This document shows, one piece after another, positions 8,629 through 16,108 of a stretch of 27,003 nt of DNA. This stretch comes from a virus (Duplodnaviria; Caudoviricetes), in the IMG/VR virus record IMGVR_UViG_3300016471_000484, positions 1-27,003 of that record; one strand, 5' to 3'. Position 1 is the first letter of the stretch. Every line of letters starts with the position of its first letter. Under the pieces are notes generated by a model. That model was given only the letters and a program-made list of their open reading frames with translations, searched no databases and had not been told where the DNA came from. The translations under genes were made by a program, and so were the position numbers.

Positions 8629-10470
8629 TTAAGATTCTTCCCCCTCCTCCCCGACTTCTTCCTCATTCTTCGCAAGAATGGTCGTCCTTGCGTTCATAAC
8701 GCTTTGGGGGGTCATCCTCGAAGAGCCATCGTCTTCGGGCACCAACTTCTTGGCCATTTCTATCAATACCGCCTTCTGCTCGGCCAAGGTCAGCGTCAAG
8801 AACTGCTCGTTCTCCGACAACGCCTCCTTAATCAAGGGCTCCAACTCAAAGTGCATTATCGCCTTCCACTTCGGGGCAATGCCCGAAGCAACCAATGCCA
8901 AGACATCCCTCGTTTCAAGATTAAAGAACGGGTCAACCTGCACACTCAACTTCATTATCGCACTCTTCTCCTCCTGAATTGGAAAGCGAGTGTCAAGATA
9001 CTGCTGTGCCAACATCGCCTTGGAGAAAGTCGGGGCCAACTTAATCTCTGCGGTCAACTCCGCATCGGTACGCATCTCAAAGTTCTGCGGATAGCGAACC
9101 GCAGGCATCTTCCACGCACCCCCATAACGCATCCTTCCAATCGTGTCCATAGCGAACTCATAGTCGGCAAAAATGGTGTTGGCAAAGCGGAGCAGGAAGG
9201 AATACAATTCCTCCCTGTCAATAGCCTTACCCGTGGCGGTTTCCCTTCCCGAAATCTTCTCGTTGTTCATTACATCAATGGACAACAACTCAAAGGCCAT
9301 TTGAATATTGGTAATGACTTGCTTGTTTAGGAAGTCAAGGATTTGCGGATCCAACTCAATGAAACCCGCAGGGGGGATGTTCACTTTGCTCTCCACCTCG
9401 GTAGTAAAGCGATTCGGGGTCTGTACTTGATAGACAGACATCGGGCCGAACATTCGCTTCGTGCCAGAGCCTCCGCAATTTGAACAAGCAATGGCCACCT
9501 TCTCCTCAAAACCTAAAGCCTCCTCAATCTGCCCCGAACCATTGCACTTGTCGCACTCATCCACATATTCCCACTTCTGCAAGAAGGCATGGCTGAATTT
9601 TGACATCTGCAAAGTGCTGAAATCGCACACCGCTTGGTCTAATGCCGGTATGGCAGGGGTGTAAAACGATTGAAAATAGTAGTCTCCGTGTTCCTGAACC
9701 GAAATCCCTCCAAGTCTTTCGCAAGGCAAATAGCCGAGATTATGGCGATAGTAAAGTTCTATCTCAAACTCATAATCGCCCTTCTTGCCGATTTGCTTGG
9801 CAATCTGAATCTCATTCTTGTCAAAGATGTAGAACACCAAACCTTCATCGGACTTAACACGGCCGTGCTCAACCTCCGAGCCATAATCGGCTTTTAGGAT
9901 AGCATACTCGCCCTCCTTCCATCCCCACACTCGCTTGGAGTGAAAGCAACGGGCCACGGGCGTGGTTTCAACGGTGTCGTTGAAGGTGCCATCCTCAAAG
10001 TATTGAAGGTCGGTAGGCATAATGGCCAAGACCGCATTGGGGTCGGTCAAGGTCATAAAGTTGGTAATCTGCTGAAAATAATTCTCTAACGAGCCAAAAC
10101 GAGGATACTCCTCATTGAAATACTTTTCTTGGGAGGCATCCTCAAAGCGAACCTCGTAATTCTGTCTGTTCCATACCCTTCCCGCAATATTTACCGCCTT
10201 ATGAAAGTAAGGAACGGTAATCGGCTTGTAAATGTTCTTTCGGTAATTGAACTCGTGGGGAAGTTCGTTGGGGGCTTTCTCCCTAAACAACTTTTCGGGG
10301 AAGGCATCGTAATTAGAGTGAATCCGAAGCCTCATCTCCATCTCCACGCAAGCCTTGTAGGTCGGGTAGAAATCGGGGATATAGAACTTGTCAGACTTTT
10401 TCTTAACCTCGTACTTCTTGTACTCCGTTATGATGTGGTCTAACAATGGCAGAATTTCCTCTGTTGTCAT
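8629..10470 (-). CDS. Portal protein with inserted CxxCxGxG zinc finger
   Basis: 613 aa, precedes MuF-scaffold-capsid; ISGRETATGKAIDRE resembles the SG.A stem motif of SPP1-type portals; acidic tail. Confidence 0.8.
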   Translation of the reverse strand: MTTEEILPLLDHIITEYKKYEVKKKSDKFYIPDFYPTYKACVEMEMRLRIHSNYDAFPEKLFREKAPNELPHEFNYRKNIYKPITVPYFHKAVNIAGRVWNRQNYEVRFEDASQEKYFNEEYPRFGSLENYFQQITNFMTLTDPNAVLAIMPTDLQYFEDGTFNDTVETTPVARCFHSKRVWGWKEGEYAILKADYGSEVEHGRVKSDEGLVFYIFDKNEIQIAKQIGKKGDYEFEIELYYRHNLGYLPCERLGGISVQEHGDYYFQSFYTPAIPALDQAVCDFSTLQMSKFSHAFLQKWEYVDECDKCNGSGQIEEALGFEEKVAIACSNCGGSGTKRMFGPMSVYQVQTPNRFTTEVESKVNIPPAGFIELDPQILDFLNKQVITNIQMAFELLSIDVMNNEKISGRETATGKAIDREELYSFLLRFANTIFADYEFAMDTIGRMRYGGAWKMPAVRYPQNFEMRTDAELTAEIKLAPTFSKAMLAQQYLDTRFPIQEEKSAIMKLSVQVDPFFNLETRDVLALVASGIAPKWKAIMHFELEPLIKEALSENEQFLTLTLAEQKAVLIEMAKKLVPEDDGSSRMTPQSVMNARTTILAKNEEEVGEEGEES

Positions 10471-10472
10471 AG

Positions 10473-10505
10473 CTATCGCTTTTTACCGCCTCTGCACTTG
10501 CACAT
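10473..10505 (-). CDS. Candidate 10-aa micro-ORF MCKCRGGKKR
   Basis: ATG..TAG lying between a promoter element and the portal start (2-nt gap). Confidence 0.4.
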   Translation of the reverse strand: MCKCRGGKKR

Positions 10506-10523
10506 AGGGAATAGTTTTACGCT

Positions 10524-10531
10524 CAAAATTA
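10524..10531 (-). promoter_or_regulatory. Bacteroidota -7 element TAATTTTG upstream of micro-ORF/portal
   Basis: TAnnTTTG in the intergenic gap. Confidence 0.65.
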
Positions 10532-10562
10532 AGGCATAATTCGCTATTTGCGGAAGGTGTGC

Positions 10563-11165
10563 CTATGGCCTTTTATTGCAATCAATGCCGTGAATAGGCA
10601 CCATAGGGAGGTCGTGTATTAAGGCGAGGTTCGTTAAAACGCTTTGGTCGTGCCGGTGGTCAATAAACGAAGAGTGATTCGGGTATTCGCTTGGGTCATC
10701 GTTCACAACTTTATCAACGTCAAGCCATTTACTCCATTCCTTCATAAAGGCAAGCGTAAAGTCCGTCTTACGAAGCCCTATAAATCCAGCCTCTAATTGA
10801 ATTGGCTCTTCGTTGAAAAACCGCATACAATCCATCAAGGCATAGCAATCGCCCTTCGTGTAACGGATATGCGGATGATAGTCTTTCCTCAAAAGCAAAG
10901 GGTTGTCCGTAAGATACTCCTTTGCAAAATCAAAATGCGCTTGGGTGTGGACATCTCTTGAATCAAAGTAAATCAAGGCTTCATCTTCGCCAAGACCCAT
11001 CAAAGCGTCCAAGATTATTTTGGGCTTCCACCTCCACCAACCATTGCCCCTTATGTGCTTTTTTTCGTCTTGGTACGTCTTTACAGGGATGCCGTAATCT
11101 CTCGCCTGCGCTCTTGCGGCGGATAAGTAATCTTCCGTGGCATAGTTTATGGCTACAAGTCGCAT
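10563..11165 (-). CDS. Putative glycosyltransferase (GT-A-like nucleotide-diphospho-sugar transferase)
   Basis: 200 aa; WRWKPKII, LIYFDS.D, AGFIGLRK and DHRHDQSVLT motifs; last gene of the GT cluster. Confidence 0.6.
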   Translation of the reverse strand: MRLVAINYATEDYLSAARAQARDYGIPVKTYQDEKKHIRGNGWWRWKPKIILDALMGLGEDEALIYFDSRDVHTQAHFDFAKEYLTDNPLLLRKDYHPHIRYTKGDCYALMDCMRFFNEEPIQLEAGFIGLRKTDFTLAFMKEWSKWLDVDKVVNDDPSEYPNHSSFIDHRHDQSVLTNLALIHDLPMVPIHGIDCNKRP

Positions 11166-11178
11166 CCGTGTAAATCAA

Positions 11179-11763
11179 TTACCACCACATCTTCACATCA
11201 ACCCCGTGGCTCTTAATATGGTGAACCAGGCCATCAATCGTTTTTTGAGATTCACAGGCAATGTTTATCGGATGGAACTCAACGAAAAGGGTGTTAATCT
11301 TAGCAATCTCGCCCGTTTCAATCAAATGCCTCAACACGAAGAACTCGCTACCCTCAATGTCCATCTTGCAGTAAATCAAATCGTCTTGGGAGAACTTGCC
11401 GAGGAACTTTGCAAAGTCAATGCTCTTGACCTTTACTTGCGTGTCATAGCCTGCGTGAACAAAGCCCGTTTCGCTTACCGATGAACCCCAACCATCAATG
11501 TCCGAAAATCCGTCCGTTGGCGAATTGCTCCCGCTTTTCTTGTGGTTCTCTTGGTTGAACTGAACATACCCATCGCTTATCCAAACGGCTACCTTGTGGC
11601 ATTTGACCTTGATAGGCAAAGCCTTCACTCGCTCCGTTATGTTGCAAGCTGGATTGGCCTCAAAGGTGTGTACCTCAAAAGAATCGTCTATAAGACCGTT
11701 GGAGATAAAATGGTTTAACCCCTCGCAAATGTGCGTTCCGCAATCAAGAAATACCTTTTTCAC
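11179..11763 (-). CDS. FkbM-family SAM-dependent methyltransferase
   Basis: 194 aa; VFLDCGTH..G, FEAN, KMDIEGSE and VEFH motifs. Confidence 0.9.
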   Translation of the reverse strand: MKKVFLDCGTHICEGLNHFISNGLIDDSFEVHTFEANPACNITERVKALPIKVKCHKVAVWISDGYVQFNQENHKKSGSNSPTDGFSDIDGWGSSVSETGFVHAGYDTQVKVKSIDFAKFLGKFSQDDLIYCKMDIEGSEFFVLRHLIETGEIAKINTLFVEFHPINIACESQKTIDGLVHHIKSHGVDVKMWW

Positions 11764-12607
11764 TGTAAATGTGGTTTTTTATCTTTGAATAAATCGTGTA
11801 TTCATTGGCATATTTACGAACCCAATCGCTCATTTGAGGCAGAAGGGAATCGTAATTCACCGAAGATACGATATGTTCAATCTCGGCCTTTGCAAACGAT
11901 GCGTTGCCATAGGATTCAAGACGAATGGCGAAAGGAATATGCTCGTGGACGTTCCTCGCTCCCACATAAATAGGGATGGTTCTACATAGAGCCGAATCAA
12001 TAATCTTGTCGGAGATGTAATCATCCCAAATACCGTTCTCCATACACACCGAGAATTTGTAGGGAATCAAGCCATCGGCCTTGTTGCCGAGCTCGCCCTT
12101 GCATCCCCTTACGCTTAGGCCACGGCCATAAACGTCAACCCATCCGCAAGCCGCAAGTTCCTTGGCTATCTTATGCCTGAACAGGTAAAAGCCGTGGGAG
12201 ATATTGCTCGTTACCATACTTATCACCCTTCGCTTGTTAGGTTGTCCAAAATAATCGGACAAATGTCCGTTCATGTGGTAAAACATTCCGCAAGGGAAGC
12301 CCACCAAATTGCCATCAATTCCATAGGCTTGTGGTTCGGCACAAGTGTAAACAACCGAGCAATAGGCTCCAATGCCCCTATCAAAAAAATCGTGGTCTGG
12401 TGGCTCTTGGATGAACCCTATGACTCGTTCCTTGGGGACACGAGGTTCTGCCCCTTTTTTGTCGTTAAACACCACAAGCCAATCGTAAGAATCGTCATCA
12501 ACAAACTCAATGCCATCGGCATCGCTCCACAAAGACTGCTCCTTAATCCTGCGGTTCAAAGATGCAGAATCAGCCCAATTACATATCGTTCTTACTTTAA
12601 TGCTCAC
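11744..12607 (-). CDS. Glycosyltransferase family 10 (alpha-1,3/4-fucosyltransferase-like)
   Basis: VDVYGRG, YKFSVCMEN...DYISDKIIDS, IPIYVGA match the GT10 signature; GTG start at 12607 gives a GTGA overlap with the upstream stop. Confidence 0.85.
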   Translation of the reverse strand: MSIKVRTICNWADSASLNRRIKEQSLWSDADGIEFVDDDSYDWLVVFNDKKGAEPRVPKERVIGFIQEPPDHDFFDRGIGAYCSVVYTCAEPQAYGIDGNLVGFPCGMFYHMNGHLSDYFGQPNKRRVISMVTSNISHGFYLFRHKIAKELAACGWVDVYGRGLSVRGCKGELGNKADGLIPYKFSVCMENGIWDDYISDKIIDSALCRTIPIYVGARNVHEHIPFAIRLESYGNASFAKAEIEHIVSSVNYDSLLPQMSDWVRKYANEYTIYSKIKNHIYSEKGIS

Positions 12608-13245
12608 GGTATGCAACTTACAAATTCCCTCTTAGAACGCTCCCAATTATCATCGTTTGTCTTCCAGATGTTCTTGTTCGCATAAAACCTAACCCTGTCC
12701 TCATCATTGTGTTTAATGGTTTGAAGGCCGTTGTGAAAACTCCTCTGCTCAAACCCAAGACCCTCCACCCGAAAATAAAAATCAATATCGTCAATGCCCC
12801 ATCCATCCACTACCTCATTGTAACCCCTCGCTCGGTAAAACAACTCCTTCCAAATCATACAGCACCCCGTTCCATCACCATATTTCCATCCCGTTACAAA
12901 TGTTCCCCCCTCCATAACCTTCATCTTATGATAATTCAAGAACGAATGGTTGGTCATTAACGCATCCGCATCAACAAACATAAAGGTGTCGGCCTTCTCG
13001 GAGGCAGCCAAAGCACCAATGTTCCTTGCGTGGCTAAGGTTAAAGCCTTCGGCCTCGTGCCTTACCGCACGGACTCGTGGATCGCCTAAAGCCTCCACAT
13101 AATCGGCGCTCTTGTCGGGGTCTCCATAGTCCACCACGATGATCTCGTAATTATCCCCAATCTGCGAAAGCCAAGTTGGTAACGCCTCCTCCAAATGGTG
13201 CATACGGCCTTTGCAGGTCGTAATTACCGAAATGAAGCCGCTCAT
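12604..13245 (-). CDS. Glycosyltransferase family 2 with GT7-like (galactosyltransferase) C-terminal motif
   Basis: ISVITT, EIIVVD, FNLSHARNIG, FVDAD (DxD), GYNE...GWGIDDIDF; start at 13245 gives an ATGA overlap. Confidence 0.85.
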   Translation of the reverse strand: MSGFISVITTCKGRMHHLEEALPTWLSQIGDNYEIIVVDYGDPDKSADYVEALGDPRVRAVRHEAEGFNLSHARNIGALAASEKADTFMFVDADALMTNHSFLNYHKMKVMEGGTFVTGWKYGDGTGCCMIWKELFYRARGYNEVVDGWGIDDIDFYFRVEGLGFEQRSFHNGLQTIKHNDEDRVRFYANKNIWKTNDDNWERSKREFVSCIP

Positions 13246-14195
13246 TTCCATCGTATCAGTTGCTTTTGCTGTCCTGCGTGTTTCTGTCTTACAAGCGTAT
13301 GCCACTTATACTCGTGGGTCAAGCCGAACTTAGCGTGATACTCTCCAAGTAAAGCGCAGGAATACTCCCAAGCCGAATTGTGGGAGAATCCAGGGCCACC
13401 AAACAAACCAAGAACGTAATAATTCTCGTTCATCCAAGGAATGACTTTGGCCGATAAAGCGTTTCGGTATTGGAAGTAAACGGGATTCGTGCCGCAAAAC
13501 GGGTCAATCTTGTATTGGGCGCAAGCAATGTTGAAGGCAAGCTCATCGGGGTAAGTGCCTCCCCAAGCCATTTTAAGCCTATCCACGGGTATTCCGTTGT
13601 CAATGTTGTCTCTCACTTGCTCAAAGAAATTCGTGAGCTTTTTCCCCTTGCGAAGGAACATAAACGAGCTGTTTATCGCCACAACCTCTGCGTCATCGTC
13701 AAGTTCGTGATACTCCCAAATGGTGTCAAGAGAAGCCCATTGCATCGTATTTCCAAAGAACTCGGCCCCATCCCTCTTTAGGTTCGCCTTAGGCGTTACT
13801 CCATTTGGATTATCCCAAGACGCTACTTGCGAATAGAAATAACCGCTTTCGGGTAACGCAAGGAGCATATCAATCAGCGGTTGCATGGATTTGAGTGCAA
13901 CACCATCGGTGTCAAAATACAAGTTGTTGTCAAAGGCTAAATACTTGTCCACCCTTGTCTTGGCTCTACCGGGACTGAACCCACGACCGGAGTACAAGTC
14001 ATTTTGATCAATAATCGTAATAATGTCAAAGACCCAATACTTGTGTCCCAAAAGCACATCCTTGCTGTCGCATATCAACTGAATGGGAAGGTCTCTGTCA
14101 AATGCCTTAACCGATATTGCAAAGTTGTAGGCCATTTCGTGATAGGCGGGCTTTCCAAAAGCCATAATTACTATCCCTGTGGTTTGTTCACTCAT
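13242..14195 (-). CDS. GT-A fold glycosyltransferase (GT8-like)
   Basis: 317 aa; LYFDTD (DxD), INSSFMFLRK and PDELAFNIA motifs. Confidence 0.7.
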   Translation of the reverse strand: MSEQTTGIVIMAFGKPAYHEMAYNFAISVKAFDRDLPIQLICDSKDVLLGHKYWVFDIITIIDQNDLYSGRGFSPGRAKTRVDKYLAFDNNLYFDTDGVALKSMQPLIDMLLALPESGYFYSQVASWDNPNGVTPKANLKRDGAEFFGNTMQWASLDTIWEYHELDDDAEVVAINSSFMFLRKGKKLTNFFEQVRDNIDNGIPVDRLKMAWGGTYPDELAFNIACAQYKIDPFCGTNPVYFQYRNALSAKVIPWMNENYYVLGLFGGPGFSHNSAWEYSCALLGEYHAKFGLTHEYKWHTLVRQKHAGQQKQLIRWK

Positions 14196-14200
14196 CTTTG

Positions 14201-14208
14201 CAAAGATA
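14201..14208 (-). promoter_or_regulatory. Bacteroidota -7 element TATCTTTG, 5 nt before first GT start
   Basis: TAnnTTTG directly after the terminator T-tract. Confidence 0.75.
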
Positions 14209-14209
14209 T

Positions 14210-14241
14210 AAAAAATCCCCGACCAATAATGGCCGAGGATT
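14210..14241 (-). terminator. Intrinsic terminator after major tail tube gene
   Basis: AATCCTCGGCCA-TTAT-TGGTCGGGGATT followed by a T-tract. Confidence 0.85.
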
Positions 14242-14261
14242 CAAAAAAAACCAAACCGAAA

Positions 14262-14840
14262 TTAAACTCCGAAGATGGCGTCTGCGTTGGCGGGCTCAGC
14301 GTATTTCTGTGGGAGTTGGTCTGGGCCGAGCGAAGCACGGGCCGTACAGTTGAGCATCTGCAACTCCTTGTTGGAGGCGGGAACGTTCACGGGAAGGCAC
14401 ACATAATTCACGGGCTGAGTGATTACCATCACCTCCTTAGAGCCACACAGGTACAGGATCAATCCCGTTACACGCTTGTTGAGAGCCCTGTAAAAATCAA
14501 TCGTTCCATCGGTTGTGTTGGCATCCATCCAAGTGGCGGTAAAGTCAAACCCAGCTAAGAGCGAGGTCGGGCCACAGCCAACAGGATTGTCCACATCCAC
14601 GGGCGAAGCATCGGGAACGGTTCCACGAACATTCTTGATAATCTTGAGGTCTCCAGCGTTGATAGCCGTGGTGTATTTTGCTCCATTACTCCAATCGGCA
14701 GGATTAGCAAAAGTCGTACCCGGCCCAAACGCATCTTCCTCAAGAATACCTATCGCAGAGATACCTCCACGCAAATAGTTGCCACAAAGGACAAGCTCAT
14801 GGTCTGGCAATGAGCCACATCCATATTCTAAATAAGCCAT
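14262..14840 (-). CDS. Major tail tube protein (putative)
   Basis: 192 aa; N-terminal C.....GGISAI pattern recalled from Bacteroidota siphovirus tube proteins; own promoter, long leader and terminator imply high expression. Confidence 0.7.
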   Translation of the reverse strand: MAYLEYGCGSLPDHELVLCGNYLRGGISAIGILEEDAFGPGTTFANPADWSNGAKYTTAINAGDLKIIKNVRGTVPDASPVDVDNPVGCGPTSLLAGFDFTATWMDANTTDGTIDFYRALNKRVTGLILYLCGSKEVMVITQPVNYVCLPVNVPASNKELQMLNCTARASLGPDQLPQKYAEPANADAIFGV

Positions 14841-14912
14841 TTTGTTAAAAATTAAAGGATTTTGAGTTTTTGTCTTTTATTGGCCGACCAGCCACAACGC
14901 ACGACTTGAATG

Positions 14913-14920
14913 CAAATATA
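14913..14920 (-). promoter_or_regulatory. Bacteroidota -7 element TATATTTG for tail tube gene
   Basis: TAnnTTTG followed by a leader of about 70 nt. Confidence 0.75.
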
Positions 14921-14926
14921 CGATCT

Positions 14927-16060
14927 TTAGTATAAAAACGAACGGATGGGCCAATGGGAGAAAAAACTATTCTTGAGTTGCGGAGAGTAGGCCAAAGAAG
15001 AGCCATTCAACACGGCACAGGCGGCAGAGTTGGCGTTTATCTGATTTGATGACCAATAAGTGCCTGGATTCGAGTCGAGAAGGTTCTTTGTTACGGGGTT
15101 AGAGTTATACATATAGTACCAAGCACTATTAAACGGCGGTACAGAAAGAGCCCTAAAGGTTGGCAAGCACCAATCGCTGTATCCATTAAGCGTAAGGTTG
15201 GAGCAAACCGTTGCCGCATTTGGAATGGCTCCGGCCAGGGTGGTTGCAGCAACGATTGCCGCAGTGTTTGCGCAGGAAAGTGTGACGTTTGCCGTTGTCG
15301 GACTTGCCTGAACGGATGGAATCAGTACGCCATTTATGCCAAGCGAGCCCCATTCGTATGTGGGGCCATAGGGTGTGTCCGACATAACATACGCAAGCCG
15401 TTGGCCTTCTTCCACATGAAAAACATAGCCGCCTTCCATTTGAGAACCCAAGGCAGGAGGCGTTGCCGATGGATAGGAACAAGATTGAAAGATTTGGTCG
15501 GCATTGGATGGAGCGTAAAACTTCCTCGGCAAACTGTCGGGGGCAAAGGTTGTCCTCGCTATGCAATTAAACTTCTGCAACTCTCTATTGCTCGAAGGCA
15601 CATTGATTGGATTGCATACAAAGTTAACAGGGGTTTCAATCACATAAACCTCATCGCTTTTCGGGATAAACAATACCAATCCGGCCACTCTTTTGTTGAG
15701 CTGTCTGTAAAAGTCTATCGTGGCACTCGTGGTGTTTGCGTCCACCCAAGACACGGTAAAATCATAGGCCGTGGTGATAGACTGCGGCCCGCACCCAACA
15801 GGGTTGTCCACATCGTTTGGGGAGGCATCGGGAACATTTCCACGAATCTTGGCGATAATTGATAGCCTTCCTGCATTAATCGCCTGAATGTACTTGGCGC
15901 CATTAGACCAATCCAAGGCTGTTTGGAAATCAAGGCCGCCACTCCCAAAAGAAGATTCGTCAAGTATCCCTATGGCAGAAATGGCGCCATAATTAAAATT
16001 GCCACAACTAATAGGCTCATGGTCGGGCAATGGGCCGCACCCGTATTCAAGGTATGCCAT
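14927..16060 (-). CDS. Tail tube paralog fused to C-terminal DUF1566/Lcl (C-type lectin fold) domain
   Basis: First ~190 aa align end to end with 14262..14840; extension carries GG.VF, A...C..L...GYSDW.LP, YWSS and terminal PIRSF motifs. Confidence 0.8.
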   Translation of the reverse strand: MAYLEYGCGPLPDHEPISCGNFNYGAISAIGILDESSFGSGGLDFQTALDWSNGAKYIQAINAGRLSIIAKIRGNVPDASPNDVDNPVGCGPQSITTAYDFTVSWVDANTTSATIDFYRQLNKRVAGLVLFIPKSDEVYVIETPVNFVCNPINVPSSNRELQKFNCIARTTFAPDSLPRKFYAPSNADQIFQSCSYPSATPPALGSQMEGGYVFHVEEGQRLAYVMSDTPYGPTYEWGSLGINGVLIPSVQASPTTANVTLSCANTAAIVAATTLAGAIPNAATVCSNLTLNGYSDWCLPTFRALSVPPFNSAWYYMYNSNPVTKNLLDSNPGTYWSSNQINANSAACAVLNGSSLAYSPQLKNSFFSHWPIRSFLY

Positions 16061-16078
16061 AATGATTTATTTGAGACT

Positions 16079-16086
16079 CAAAGATA
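16079..16086 (-). promoter_or_regulatory. Bacteroidota -7 element TATCTTTG for lectin-tube gene
   Basis: TAnnTTTG in the 48-nt intergenic gap. Confidence 0.7.
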
Positions 16087-16108
16087 CTCAACCCAAAAGA
16101 ATTAAAAA

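Noticed and set aside
10563-14195. Host LPS/capsule locus or Gtr-type serotype conversion cassette
   Set aside because: Flanked on both sides by core virion genes, with no membrane flippase/polymerase or GtrABC-like proteins; host-surface modification is disfavoured but not excluded
14927-15070. Diversity-generating retroelement targeting the DUF1566/CLec C-terminus
   Set aside because: The fold is a typical DGR target, but I found no template repeat differing at adenines and no reverse transcriptase in the window; one could lie outside it
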